This document shows positions 1 to 10,227 of a DNA stretch of 64,000 bases, piece after piece. The position numbers and the translations under genes are program-made. The stretch spans positions 41,645 to 105,644 of the forward strand of contig CAWBHS010000027.1 in assembly GCA_963788655.1 (NCBI GenBank). The letters are read 5' to 3'. Source of the stretch: an uncultured Verrucomicrobiae bacterium. Lineage in GTDB: Bacteria > Verrucomicrobiota > Verrucomicrobiia > Limisphaerales > JAFGQR01. The notes beneath the pieces are model-generated. The model was not told where the DNA came from and did no database searches. It saw nothing but the letters and a program-made list of their open reading frames with translations. Within the stretch, counting starts at the first letter, position 1, and the number at the start of each line of letters is the position of its first letter.

Positions 1-189
1 GAACGGCAATTGGCCGGCGCCGTCCGTGCCTTGCAAGCGGTATTGGCGGACGACGGTTGGCCGGGACGTTCGCCCGCGGCGTCACGACGATCACGACGGC
101 GGACGCCGGCACGCAGAACCAAGGCGGTTTCCCGGAAACGTCCGGCAACGTCCAACCCGACGGAGCCGCTCCCGCCTATTTCCGCATGA
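1..189 (+). CDS. 3' end of an unidentified gene (partial)
   Basis: Frame 1 is open from the window edge (ERQLAGAVRALQAVLADDGW...PPISA*). Its TGA overlaps the rsmA ATG (ATGA), which suggests translational coupling. Confidence 0.5.
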   Translation, partial: ERQLAGAVRALQAVLADDGWPGRSPAASRRSRRRTPARRTKAVSRKRPATSNPTEPLPPISA

Positions 190-1007
190 AGCTGTCGGAG
201 ATGAAGCAACTGCTGGTGGCCGGCCAGATTCAGTTGACCAAGTCTCTGGGCCAAAATTTTTTGCATGACCTCAACCAACTGCGCCGCATCGTCGAAACGG
301 CCGGGGTGACGCCAACGGATTGCGTGTTGGAGATTGGTCCGGGGCTGGGACCGCTGACAGAGGTGCTCCTGGCGCGGGCGAAACACGTGCTGGCCATCGA
401 AAAAGACCAGCGGTTGGTGGCGTTGCTCCGAAAACGATTCCGCGAGGCGCAGAATTTCACGTTGATCCATGCCGACGCGGTAGATTACCTGCAACAGAAG
501 CCGCAGGATTGGCGCGAGTGGAAACTGGTCGCGAACCTGCCGTATTCGGCGGCAACCTCCATCCTGACCACTCTCGTGACAACCGAGCACGGTCCCCGTT
601 TGATGGTAGTTACCGTGCAATGGGAGGTGGCGCAGCGATTGACCGCCGCGGCGGGCGCGATGGATTACGGCGTGTTGACGCTGCTGGTGCAACTTCGATA
701 TGAGCCGCAAGGATGGTTCAAGATTCCCCGGCCGTGTTTTTTTCCCGAGCCGGAAGTGGATTCGGCCGTCATCACGTTGCGGCGCCGGACGCAACCGCTG
801 TTGTCGCCCGCCGAAGCCATAACTTTTGAACGCATCGTGCGGCTGAGTTTTTCACAGCGAAGGAAGATGATGATGAAATTGCTCAAGACCGAATGGCCAA
901 CCGAGCAATTGGTCCACGAGTTTCAAACCGTTGAACTCTCGGAGCAAGCCCGCGCGGAACAGGTAAGCCTGCAGCAGTTTGTTGCCCTGGCGAAACGGTT
1001 GGCTTAG
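186..1007 (+). CDS. rsmA: 16S rRNA adenine dimethyltransferase RsmA/KsgA
   Basis: Motifs KSLGQNFL, VLEIGPGLGPLT, AIEKD, VANLPY, FFPEPEVDSAV, FSQRRKM. Start placed at ATG 186 (MKLSEMKQLL). Confidence 0.96.
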   Translation: MKLSEMKQLLVAGQIQLTKSLGQNFLHDLNQLRRIVETAGVTPTDCVLEIGPGLGPLTEVLLARAKHVLAIEKDQRLVALLRKRFREAQNFTLIHADAVDYLQQKPQDWREWKLVANLPYSAATSILTTLVTTEHGPRLMVVTVQWEVAQRLTAAAGAMDYGVLTLLVQLRYEPQGWFKIPRPCFFPEPEVDSAVITLRRRTQPLLSPAEAITFERIVRLSFSQRRKMMMKLLKTEWPTEQLVHEFQTVELSEQARAEQVSLQQFVALAKRLA

Positions 1008-1080
1008 CGCAATCACGGAAGTCGGAGCCGACGCGATGAAGTTCTGACCTTATTAGTCTCTCGCACCCCGGGAACTCGGC

Positions 1081-1152
1081 GTAGCGGTGTCTCAGGAAAG
1101 CGCCGCATCTTGAGCAAAGAGAGTCTGCGGCACTCTGCCGAGACGCTGCTAC
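1081..1152. repeat. GTAG-type REP/REPIN-like palindromic element
   Basis: GTAGCGGTGTCTC...GAGACGCTGCTAC imperfect inverted arms in intergenic DNA. Confidence 0.7.
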
Positions 1153-1337
1153 GCCTTATCCCCACTTAACCACCAAAGCTGGCCACCGTCCGTCAGGCTT
1201 CAGTTTCGTTCCTTTGAATTTCGGACTTCATTCGGATCTCGGATTTCAGATTTTGGGTTGGTCCCAGCTCGACCGCGCGGGACACCAGAATGGTCGTGAC
1301 CTATGGTCAGGCCCCGCGAATACTGGCCGGCGACTGA

Positions 1338-1850
1338 ATGAACGAAGAAATCTTTGATGTCGTCAATGAACGCGACGAAGTGATCGGCCAGCAAACCCGC
1401 CGCGAAGTGCATCGCTTGGGCCTCAAGCATCGGGCGGTTCATATTTTGGTGTTTAACCGCAACGGCGACCTCTTTCTGCAAAAGCGTTCGATGCAGAAAG
1501 ACAATCATCCCGGTGTTTGGGATTCGTCCGCCTCCGGCCATGTGGACGCGGGAGAAGACTATGACGCCGCCGCAATTCGGGAATTGCGGGAGGAGCTGGG
1601 AGTGCAGGTGCCGGCCCCACTCGAACGGTTATTCAAAATTGATTCCTGCGAGGCGACCGGCCGCGAATTTGTTTGGGTTTACCGCTGGGCCGCGGAAGGT
1701 CCGTTGGTGCTCCACCCCGAGGAAATCGAGCGGGGCGAATGGTTCAGTCCGAACAACGTCAGCCATTGGCTGGCCGAGCGGCCCCAGGATTTTGCCCCGG
1801 CATTTCCAGTAATTTGGAAGCGGCTACAAGCCAGGCTGGCAAGCCCTTGA
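1338..1850 (+). CDS. NUDIX hydrolase (YfcD/IDI-like)
   Basis: HRAVHILVFN...LQKRS and Nudix box GHVDAGEDYDAAAIRELREELG. Confidence 0.92.
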   Translation: MNEEIFDVVNERDEVIGQQTRREVHRLGLKHRAVHILVFNRNGDLFLQKRSMQKDNHPGVWDSSASGHVDAGEDYDAAAIRELREELGVQVPAPLERLFKIDSCEATGREFVWVYRWAAEGPLVLHPEEIERGEWFSPNNVSHWLAERPQDFAPAFPVIWKRLQARLASP

Positions 1851-1885
1851 TCGCATCCGCTTGCACAATTGGTTCCTGGAGGCGC

Positions 1886-2485
1886 TTATGACCGTTCACG
1901 AAAATCAAGCTGATTCACCAAGGCGCCGTAACCGCGCTTCTGCAGTCGCCGAAGCGATTCTTTGAAAGCGGTAATTTCCGCGAGTTGAATTTTAAGCCAC
2001 TTCTCGTCCGCCTCATCGAACGTATCGAGTTTCAGGATATCCTCGTAATAACGTTTCGCGGACATGATCGGGCGGGCGAGATCAATGATCGTCAGCTCGC
2101 TTCCGGAATCTGAGGTGGAGTAGTTGATTCCGTAGTAGCGCTTGTGCTGCGGCAAGAACAGGAAACCCTTGCGCTTGCCTTTGAATTCGCTTTCACACCG
2201 TTTGAACGCTTCGACACTCAGACGCCCGGGGATAATAATCTGAACCAGTGTTTTCTCTGATTGAAACTGGCCCGCGGATTTGAATTGCGGCGGGTCGCAG
2301 CCTTCCACCGCGGAGTAGAGCTCAAATTGCTCCCGGTCGATGGCGGAGGAGACGGGGTCCAGGAAATTGTAAAAGTAGCCGACCGCGAGGCCCACTCCCA
2401 CGACGTCCGTGTCCTGTTTATTAAGGCCATCAAAAAACTTTTCGACGGCCTTGATGCCGATTGCTGTCGCGATTTGTTCCCACAT
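1886..2485 (-). CDS. Stand-alone prokaryotic STING-domain protein (~199 aa)
   Basis: GLAVGYFYNFLDPV, VQIIIPGRL, KRYYGINY, LTIIDL and EITAFKESL follow the order of the conserved bacterial STING blocks. The likely start MWEQ at 2485 leaves only ~27 aa before the STING helix. Confidence 0.82.
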   Translation of the reverse strand: MWEQIATAIGIKAVEKFFDGLNKQDTDVVGVGLAVGYFYNFLDPVSSAIDREQFELYSAVEGCDPPQFKSAGQFQSEKTLVQIIIPGRLSVEAFKRCESEFKGKRKGFLFLPQHKRYYGINYSTSDSGSELTIIDLARPIMSAKRYYEDILKLDTFDEADEKWLKIQLAEITAFKESLRRLQKRGYGALVNQLDFRERS

Positions 2486-2795
2486 AGCTAGGTTGTCAAT
2501 TATTCTCCGGTTGTCTGAATTAATGCCCGGCACCGACCGGGACGCCTGCTCCGGATCGTCCCCCCACTCGGCGGGTCACCGGCGCAACCACGGGCTTGAA
2601 CATCCACCATCGAAACGGGAACTGCCAATCCAAAAGTGCCGTCCGGGCTGAATGCCGGCTGACGGCACGAGTCCACCGAAGCGGGTGCCTTCCAAGACAA
2701 ACCTTGACCGACAAGGGCTGAAGTGAAATGAATTTCCTCTCGCTAAAAACAGTCTTTAGCTGACACAACGAATAACATTAGATGCATGCTTTGAT

Positions 2796-3647
2796 ATGAA
2801 ACAAAAACTCATTTCCCACCTCACCCGTTCGCTGCTTGGTCTGATTGCCGGGGCATTGGCCCTGCCAGCCGTGGCGGCGGAACCCAAGAAACTCCTGCTG
2901 GTGACCACCACCACCGGATTCCGACACAGCTCGATTCCCACGGCGGAAAAGGTCATCCAGCAACTCGCAGCGGAAGACGGATCGTTCACCGTGGACTTGG
3001 TGCAACAACCAAAGGGCAACAGCAGAGATCCCGAGTTCCAGGACAAGATGAAGCAGGCGCTCAGCAAACTCAGCCCGGACAATCTCGCCAAATACGATGG
3101 GGTGATTTTCGCCAACACCACCGGGGATTTGCCGCTGCCCGATCCCGATGGATTTGTGAAATGGATCGAATCCGGCAAGGCCTTCATCGGCATGCACAGC
3201 GCCAGCGACACGTTCCATAACTTCCGGCCGTACATCGAAATGTTGGGCGGAGAATTCAAAGGCCACGGGGCCCAGGCCACAGTCGATTGCATCAACGAAG
3301 ATCAACAATGCGCCTGCTGTCGGCATCTCGGTTCTTCCTGGACCGTGCATGATGAGATTTACCTGATTAAAAGCTTCGAGCGCTCCAACGTCCACATGCT
3401 GCTGGGCCTGGACAAGGAACCCAACAAAAAGACGCCCGGATACTTCCCCGTTTCCTGGTGCAAGAACGCGGGCAAAGGCCGGGTGTTCTATACCTCGCTG
3501 GGCCATCGCGAAGACGTGTGGGATGACAAATATCCGAACCGGCAGAATTCGCCCGAAGTGGCCAAAGCGTATCAGCAGCACATCTTGAACGGTATCAAAT
3601 GGGCCTTGGGCCTCGTGCCGGGAAGTGCGACCCCGCAAGCGAAGTAA
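2796..3647 (+). CDS. Secreted ThuA-domain (class I glutamine amidotransferase-like) protein
   Basis: Signal peptide; TTTGFRHSSI, FANTTGDLP, FIGMHSASDT, GKGRVFYTSLGHRE. Confidence 0.9.
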   Translation: MKQKLISHLTRSLLGLIAGALALPAVAAEPKKLLLVTTTTGFRHSSIPTAEKVIQQLAAEDGSFTVDLVQQPKGNSRDPEFQDKMKQALSKLSPDNLAKYDGVIFANTTGDLPLPDPDGFVKWIESGKAFIGMHSASDTFHNFRPYIEMLGGEFKGHGAQATVDCINEDQQCACCRHLGSSWTVHDEIYLIKSFERSNVHMLLGLDKEPNKKTPGYFPVSWCKNAGKGRVFYTSLGHREDVWDDKYPNRQNSPEVAKAYQQHILNGIKWALGLVPGSATPQAK

Positions 3648-3704
3648 CTGGAGGCGATGAATCGTGAACATCGTTTGACATTCAAACTGATAGCGAACCT
3701 GACC

Positions 3705-4325
3705 ATGAAAAAGATCACTCTGTTACTCACCGGATTATTGCTGTGTGGCGCGGCGGCAGTTTGGGCCGCGAACGAACCGGGATTTGTGCCGCTGTTTAAT
3801 GGCAAAGACCTGACCGGTTGGAAACTGCGTAATCCCAACGGACACAATTCCTGGACCGTCGAACCGGGTGGGGTTCTCCAGAACACCGTCCACAAGGGCG
3901 AGCACGGCACCGACCTGGTGACGGAGAAGAAATTCTGGAACTTCACCGTCCGTTACGAATTCAAAGTACCCGATGGCTCGAACAGCGGTTTCTATCTGCG
4001 TGGCCGTCATGAAATCCAAATCCTCGGCGATTACCGGAGCGGCAAGGCCGGCACGGGTGGCAACGGCGCCATTTATGCCTTCAAGGCGCCCGATGTCTTT
4101 GCCTCGAAGCCGGGAGACCAATGGCAAACCGTCGAGGCAACCATGATCGGCAACAAAATCACGGTGACTTTGAACGGCAAAAAGATTCACGACAATGTGG
4201 TGTGCGATCGAGCAACCGGGTCGGAGATCGACCGCAACGTCACGGAGCCGGGGCCAATCTTCCTCCAGGGCGACCATGGCACCGTCGCCTTCCGTAACAT
4301 GCGCATCAAAGTCCTATCGCCTTAG
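3705..4325 (+). CDS. Secreted DUF1080 (3-keto-disaccharide hydrolase-like) protein
   Basis: Signal peptide; LFNGKDLTGW, NSGFYLRG, EIQI, GPIFLQGDHGTVAFRNMRIK. Confidence 0.92.
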   Translation: MKKITLLLTGLLLCGAAAVWAANEPGFVPLFNGKDLTGWKLRNPNGHNSWTVEPGGVLQNTVHKGEHGTDLVTEKKFWNFTVRYEFKVPDGSNSGFYLRGRHEIQILGDYRSGKAGTGGNGAIYAFKAPDVFASKPGDQWQTVEATMIGNKITVTLNGKKIHDNVVCDRATGSEIDRNVTEPGPIFLQGDHGTVAFRNMRIKVLSP

Positions 4326-4334
4326 GCCGCCGGC

Positions 4335-4388
4335 AGGTGAATGTTCCACCGGAGCGGGACTTTCACCCTCCGGTGGGCATTCTTCACC
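4335..4388. terminator. Long hairpin between convergent DUF1080 and ribF genes
   Basis: GGTGAA..CCACCGGAG-loop-CTCCGGTGG..TTCACC inverted repeat. Confidence 0.5.
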
Positions 4389-4489
4389 ACCGCACCAACG
4401 CCGCCATTCTTGTCGGCCGGGACGTTGATGCGCCCGGCGACCTTACCAGAATGTCGGCGCTTCGTCTTTAATCGTCGCAAGCGCGCCCG

Positions 4490-5416
4490 CTACCCAAATC
4501 GTTGCCGCGCCGATTCAATGTCGCGGGCAATTTGGACTTTCAACGCATCCAATGAAGCGAACTTCTGTTCGTCGCGTAACTTGTCCACGAAGGTCAGTTC
4601 CAGTTCCTGCCCGTAAAGGTCACCTGGAAATCGAGCAAATGGGCTTCGACCCGCAATTGGGGCTCGGGGTGCGCAAGGGTAGGCCGGTACCCGACGTTGA
4701 GCACCGCCCGGTAGGTGCGGCCGGCAGCGCTGGCATGCACGGCATAAACTCCGTTGGGCGGCAAGGCGAGCCCTGTGGTAGCGAGATTGGCCGTGGGGAA
4801 TCCCAGTTGACGCCCAACCTGATCGCCTTGGACCACCCGTCCGGCCAGCGAATACGCCCGCCCCAACATCTGACTGGCGGCATCCAATTGCCCCAGCCGA
4901 ATCGCCTCGCGAATCCGGGTGCTGCGAATGGCCTGGCCTTCAAGCGACACGGCCGACAGACTATGGACTTGGAAGTGAAACTCTTGGCCAAACTGCTTCA
5001 GCAACGCCACGTTGCCGCTGCGTTTGTGGCCGAAATGAAAATCGCTGCCCACGCACACGCTTTGTAGTCGCCCGAGATCACCCACCAAAGCCACGCACAA
5101 ACTCCTCGCCGGATTGGCGGCTGAGTTCTGGGGTAAAGGCGAGCAGCAAGGTGGCGTCTACTTCCAGCGAAGCGATGGCCCGCAGCTTTTGGGGGAGGGA
5201 ATAAATCAGGCGCGGCACGCGCGCGGGGGCGACTACTGCATTAGGATGGCGGTCGAACGTGACCACCACGCTGAGGCCCTCGTGCTGTTTGGCGTCAGCC
5301 ATCGTGGTGCGGATGATTTGCTGGTGACCCAAATGCACGCCATCGAAGAAGCCGATGGCCAGGCACACCCGTCGTCCGTGGGGCCGCAGTTCGGTGGCCG
5401 CATGAACGGTTCTCAT
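4490..5416 (-). CDS. ribF: Bifunctional riboflavin kinase/FAD synthetase (two apparent frameshifts)
   Basis: IGFFDGVHLGHQ in 5078-5416; VGSDFHFG, GRQLGFPTANL, NVGYRPT and VEAHLLDF in 4594-5100; C-terminus DLYGQELELTFVDKLRDEQKFASLDALKVQIARD in a third frame, stop at 4490. Confidence 0.93.
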
Positions 5417-5417
5417 G

Positions 5418-6129
5418 TCAGCCGACCAGTTGCAAAAACGGCACCACCCGTTTTTCGAATTCGTCCGGGTTCAGTCGGATCAATTGCTCCAATTCAATGG
5501 CGTCCTTGATTTCGAAGCGTCCGGAGGCCAGCCGGCGCAAGTGGGCCAGGTGCGCGCCGCAGCCAACTTTCTGGCCCAGTTCGTGAGCCAGACTGCGGAC
5601 GTAGGTGCCCTTGGTGCAAGCGATACGGAACCACCCCAGCGGTTCGACGTAATCGGTGAACGCAAATTTGTAGATATGAATGAGCCGGGCCTTCCGCTCC
5701 ACTTCGAGTCCGCGGCGCGCCAGTTTGTAGAGGGGCACCCCATCTTTCTTCACCGCCGAAACCATGGGGGGCGTTTGCATTTGGTCGCCCACGAACGCGG
5801 CTGCCATTTCGTTGAGTTGGTTCACGGTCAACGGGGGCACCGGTTGGGTGGCAATGACTTCGCCTTCGACGTCGTAGCTGTTGGTGGTCACCCCGAACCG
5901 GATGGCGCCGGCATACACTTTGTCATCCGCCATCAGTTTCTCGGAGAGCCGGGTGGCCCGCCCCATCACGATGATCAACAAGCCGGTGGCATTGGGATCC
6001 AACGTGCCGCAATGGCCGGCTTTGCGCACGCCAAACCGGCTGCGCACGATGTCCACTACGTCGTGGGACGTGGGACCGAGCCGGCTTGTCGATGAGCAAG
6101 GCGCCATCCAGCGGATCGAAAACTTCCAT
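5418..6129 (-). CDS. truB: tRNA pseudouridine-55 synthase (frameshift near the 5' end)
   Basis: LDGALLIDKP then, after a frameshift, TSHDVV...KAGHCGTLDPNATG, QTPPMVSAVK, CTKGTYVRSLA. Confidence 0.94.
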
Positions 6130-6132
6130 GGG

Positions 6133-7113
6133 CTAGGGGGCGGAGTTGAGGGCTCGTTTAAGGGCGCTGAGCATGTTGCGTTGAATGGTGATTGGTTTGC
6201 CGGCGATCCGGACGCCCGCCGCGGCCGCATGACCACCGCCGCCAAATTGGGCGGCAATTTTCCCCACGTTCACGCGCGGGCTTTTGGAACGGAGGCTCAC
6301 GCGCGTCAGGTCAGGCGTCAGTTCTTCAAAGACACAGGCCACCACCACCGGCTCGATGGCGCGGAGGTGGTCGATCAGACCCTCGGTATCGGCGGAGGTG
6401 GCGCCGGTACGAGTAAAATCGGCTTTGCGGAGCCAGAAATAGGCGATCTGGTTGAGGTGTTTCAGCCGGAAATCATTGTAGATATGTTTGAGCAACCGCA
6501 CCCGCGAAAGCGGAAAAGATTGATAAACTTCCTGACAGATTCGGGCCAGGTTGGCCCCGCGTTTGACCAACTCGCCGGCGACCACGTAGGTGGTGGGAGT
6601 GGTCGTGGGATACTGAAAGGAACCGGTATCGGTGGACACAGCCGTAAACAGGCAATCGGCAATCGCGGGCGTGATCGGCCACCGGGCTGCCTTCAGCAGG
6701 TAGTAAATCAGCTCGCCGGTCGAGGGCGCCTTGCCTTGAACCCAGTTCAAATCCGCATACCGGGTATTGCTGGCGTGGTGATCGATGTTGATAAACAAAT
6801 GGCGGTCCTGAATACACGATCCCACGGTGCCCAAACGTTCCAAGCTGGCGGCGTCGGTGGCGATGACGCAATCGAACGCCTGGCCCGGCTGGGGCGGTTG
6901 GATGAGCTTTTGCGAATCGAGGAAAGCCAGTTTGTGCGGCACCGAATCCTCGTTCCAGCAGGTGACACGTTTGCCTTCGCTTTGCAGCGCCCGGGCCAGA
7001 CCAAGCTGAGAACCGATGCAATCGCCGTCGGGCCGGACGTGGCCCACAATGCAAACGCGCTCGCTGGCGCGGATACCCTCGAGGATGCGCTGGACAATTT
7101 TCGCGGACTTCAT
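6133..7113 (-). CDS. nrnA: DHH/DHHA1 phosphoesterase (NrnA-like nanoRNase/pAp phosphatase)
   Basis: HVRPDGDCIGS, INIDHH, TDTGSF, GGGGHAAAAG; usual position between rbfA and truB. Confidence 0.9.
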   Translation of the reverse strand: MKSAKIVQRILEGIRASERVCIVGHVRPDGDCIGSQLGLARALQSEGKRVTCWNEDSVPHKLAFLDSQKLIQPPQPGQAFDCVIATDAASLERLGTVGSCIQDRHLFINIDHHASNTRYADLNWVQGKAPSTGELIYYLLKAARWPITPAIADCLFTAVSTDTGSFQYPTTTPTTYVVAGELVKRGANLARICQEVYQSFPLSRVRLLKHIYNDFRLKHLNQIAYFWLRKADFTRTGATSADTEGLIDHLRAIEPVVVACVFEELTPDLTRVSLRSKSPRVNVGKIAAQFGGGGHAAAAGVRIAGKPITIQRNMLSALKRALNSAP

Positions 7114-7469
7114 GTTTCCTCCGGCAGGCTCCGTTCGAGCTCGGCAATGATTTCCAGCACGCGGTTGCCGCGCATAACGGAATCGTCCACAACGAAACGG
7201 AGGCGGGGGATGTATTTCAGAATCACGGCCTTGGCGAGATGGTCCTGGATGCGCGGGCGGTGGTTTTGCAGGAGTTGAAGCCCCTTTTTTTGCTGTTCCG
7301 GCGAGCCCATGATGCTGATGAAGACGCTGGCCTGACGCAGGTCGCCCGAAACCTCCACGTCATTGACGGTGACCAACCCGGCCTCGTCGATCGGAATTTC
7401 GCGGCGGATGGCTTCGCCGATTTCGCGCTTCAACAGTTCGCGCACACGCAGAAGTCGATGGGAGGACAT
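7110..7469 (-). CDS. rbfA: Ribosome-binding factor A
   Basis: LVTVNDVEVSGDLRQASVFIS, KYIPRLRFVVDDS; downstream of infB. Confidence 0.96.
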   Translation of the reverse strand: MSSHRLLRVRELLKREIGEAIRREIPIDEAGLVTVNDVEVSGDLRQASVFISIMGSPEQQKKGLQLLQNHRPRIQDHLAKAVILKYIPRLRFVVDDSVMRGNRVLEIIAELERSLPEET

Positions 7470-7502
7470 AGGCGGTGGAGGGAAGTTGTTTGCGCAATAG
7501 CC

Positions 7503-10145
7503 TCACAGAGTCGCGGCCATCTTCTCCAGGGTATAGCACTCGATGGAATCCCCGATTTGAAACTCGTTGAAACCATCCAGGCGAATGCCGCACTCCATGC
7601 CCGCGCGCACTTCGTTGACTTCATCCTGAAAGCGCCGGAGGGATTGGGTCTGGCCTTCGAACAGCAGGTTCTTGCGGCGCATGACGCGCACTTTGCCCCG
7701 GGACACCCGGCCACTGGCCACCATGCAACCAGCCACGTTGCCGCCTTTGGACAGTGCGAAGACCTTGCGCACTTCGGCCGCGCCGGTGACCACTTCCTTG
7801 AGAATCGGTTCCAGCAACCCGGTCAACGCATCGCGCACTTCATCGATCAATTCGTAGATAATGGAGTAGAGCTTGATCTGCACGCCCTCGCGTTTGGCCT
7901 GTTCGGCGGCCACGGGATCCACCCGCGTATGAAACCCGAGAATGACCGCGTTCGAGGAACTGGCCAGGACGATGTCGTCCTTGGTGATGGTGCCCACGGC
8001 GCTGTGCAAGATCTTCAAATCAACTTTGTCAGACTCGAATTTGTTGAGCGCATCAACAATGGCTTCCTCGGACCCTTGCGTATCGGTTTTGACGATCAGC
8101 CGCAACACCTTGCCCTCCTTCGCCGCCAGGGTGGTGTAAATGGTTTCCAGTGAAACTTTGGGGCCGGCCTGTTCGCGGTTGCTGGCCTTGGCCTGTTCGA
8201 CGCGTTTTCCGGCCTCTTCGCGGGCGCTCTTTTCGTTCTTCCAAACGGTGAATTCCAACCCGGCTTCCGGCACTCCATTGAGACCCAAAATCCGGACGGC
8301 CTGGGCCGGACCGGCTTCCTTCAGGCGTTTGCCATCTTCATTAATCAGGGCCCGCACCCGGCCATAATACTGATCGCACAATAACACGTCGCTGACGTGC
8401 AACGTCCCCTTGCGCACCAGCACCGTGGCCACCGGTCCGCCGGGTTCGATGCCGGACTCGATCACGTTGCCCTTGGCGGCGCGGACGGGATTGGCTTTGA
8501 GTTCCAGAAGTTCAGCCTGCAGCAGAATCATCTCGAGGAGCTTGTCCACGCCCTGTTTCTCCTTCGCCGAAACGTCCACAAAAATAGTGTCCCCACCCCA
8601 GTCGTCCGGCGCCAACCCTTTTTCATTGAGTTGCTGCCGTACTTTCAGCGGGTCGGCATTCGGATGATCGCACTTGTTGACTGCCACGATGATCGGCACG
8701 CCGGCGGCTTTGGCATGATTGAGCGCCTCCATGGTCTGGGGCATGACCCCGTCGTTGGCGGCCACCACCAGGATGACAATGTCGGTGACGTTGGCGCCGC
8801 GGGCCCGCATGGCACTGAAGGCCGCATGACCCGGAGTATCCAGGAAGGTGATTTGTTGCAGCTCCTTCTTCCGTCCCGGGTGCGGGAAAGCAATGGTATA
8901 GGCGCCGATGTGCTGGGTGATGCTCCCGGCTTCGCCGGCCACTACGTTGGACTCCCGGATGACATCGAGCAGGGTCGTCTTGCCGTGATCCACGTGCCCC
9001 ATGATGGTGACCACCGGCGGGCGCGGTTGCATGTCCTCCGGCTTGTCTTCTTCGTCCAGTTCGACGACGCGAACCTGTGGGCGGATTTGCTGGGTGGCGT
9101 CCCGCCGACGTTTTTCCACTTCAAACTTCGCGCCGAAGCAGGCGCAGAGCCGGGTGGCCACCGTTTCATCAATGGACTGGTTGGCCGTGGCCCACACGTT
9201 CATGCCGACCAATTCGGCGATGACCTGGTGCGGCTTCTTGTTCAGTTGTTCTGCCAGGTCACGGACGATGATTGGAGGTTTCATCGTGATGACTTGGGCG
9301 TCTTCGGGCAGCACAATTTTCGGGGCAGTGGCCGCGGGAACGGCGGGACGGGAAGATGGCTGGGACGGGCGCCCCGGCATCCCGGCTCCCGGCTGGGATC
9401 GCTGATCCGGTCGGCCGCGCACGCCCCGTTGTCCCCGCTGGTCAAACCGGCCGCGCTGAGTCTCTCGGCCTTGCGGTCCGCGGGCGGCGGTTTTCGGCGG
9501 TTCCGTCTTTTCCGCGGAACGCGGCGTGGGTTTGGGCGGAAGTTGGATAAAACCTACCTTGTCGCCAACGCGCGGCGGGGGCGGCTCGGGTGGTGGCGCC
9601 TCGACGGCAGCGGGCTCAGATTCAGGGATGGTCGTGGGCGGGGCCGGTTCTTCCGCCAGCGGTGCGGGTTCATCCGGTTCGAGTTCGGTGGCGGGCTCAA
9701 GTTCTGGCCCCTCCGCGGGCAACGCAATGATCTCCGGCACCTTGACTTGGTCCTGCGGAAGCACACCGGGAGCGGCTGGCTCAGCGGTTTCGGTTACTGA
9801 ATCAGCGGGCACGTTCGCTGGCGGGGGCGGCGCGATTTCTGGTGCCGTGATGATCATGATTTCTGGGACCGCTTCCGACTTTTCTTCAGGTTTGGCTTCG
9901 GCGGCCGGGGAGGAAGTGGTTCCGGAAATGTCGGGGGCCGGCTCGGCGGTTACTGGTTGCTTCCCCTTAGGCAGGGCGGTCCCGCACTCTTCCAAGATCT
10001 TGTCGGTCAGGTATTCGGCGGTGATTTTATCGAGGGTGCTGGAGGCAACCCGGGCGCCGGCAATGCCCAGTTCTTTGGCTTTGGCAAGCACGTGTTTGCT
10101 TTCCCAGCCAACTTTCTTTGCTATTTCGTAAATGCGAACGGGCAT
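7503..10145 (-). CDS. infB: Translation initiation factor IF-2
   Basis: [59 protein letters not shown]; long Pro/Glu-rich N-terminal linker. Confidence 0.98.
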   Translation of the reverse strand: MPVRIYEIAKKVGWESKHVLAKAKELGIAGARVASSTLDKITAEYLTDKILEECGTALPKGKQPVTAEPAPDISGTTSSPAAEAKPEEKSEAVPEIMIITAPEIAPPPPANVPADSVTETAEPAAPGVLPQDQVKVPEIIALPAEGPELEPATELEPDEPAPLAEEPAPPTTIPESEPAAVEAPPPEPPPPRVGDKVGFIQLPPKPTPRSAEKTEPPKTAARGPQGRETQRGRFDQRGQRGVRGRPDQRSQPGAGMPGRPSQPSSRPAVPAATAPKIVLPEDAQVITMKPPIIVRDLAEQLNKKPHQVIAELVGMNVWATANQSIDETVATRLCACFGAKFEVEKRRRDATQQIRPQVRVVELDEEDKPEDMQPRPPVVTIMGHVDHGKTTLLDVIRESNVVAGEAGSITQHIGAYTIAFPHPGRKKELQQITFLDTPGHAAFSAMRARGANVTDIVILVVAANDGVMPQTMEALNHAKAAGVPIIVAVNKCDHPNADPLKVRQQLNEKGLAPDDWGGDTIFVDVSAKEKQGVDKLLEMILLQAELLELKANPVRAAKGNVIESGIEPGGPVATVLVRKGTLHVSDVLLCDQYYGRVRALINEDGKRLKEAGPAQAVRILGLNGVPEAGLEFTVWKNEKSAREEAGKRVEQAKASNREQAGPKVSLETIYTTLAAKEGKVLRLIVKTDTQGSEEAIVDALNKFESDKVDLKILHSAVGTITKDDIVLASSSNAVILGFHTRVDPVAAEQAKREGVQIKLYSIIYELIDEVRDALTGLLEPILKEVVTGAAEVRKVFALSKGGNVAGCMVASGRVSRGKVRVMRRKNLLFEGQTQSLRRFQDEVNEVRAGMECGIRLDGFNEFQIGDSIECYTLEKMAATL

Positions 10146-10227
10146 AAATTCTCTCTACCATCCATCGCTGCGGCATGGCGTTCATAACGACACAACGAAG
10201 AGAGCAGTTTTTACCAAAATCATATCC

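Noticed and set aside
1338..4325. A complete CBASS operon around the STING gene
   Set aside because: The neighbours (NUDIX, ThuA, DUF1080) are on the opposite strand and none shows a nucleotidyltransferase GS..DxD motif.
4490..6129. Frameshifts in ribF and truB (and many other genes) as pseudogenisation or programmed frameshifting
   Set aside because: Single-base indels hit housekeeping genes whose motifs are otherwise intact, with no in-frame nonsense decay, and they become denser toward the right end. Long-read consensus error is the simpler explanation; read mapping would settle it.
5881..9800. Long antisense ORFs (5881-7278, 7239-8153, 8397-9800 and similar ones elsewhere)
   Set aside because: Shadow frames of well-supported genes in GC-rich DNA, with no recognisable motifs.
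9300..10000. Pro/Glu-rich region of infB as an insertion
   Set aside because: Long low-complexity N-terminal linkers are normal for IF-2.
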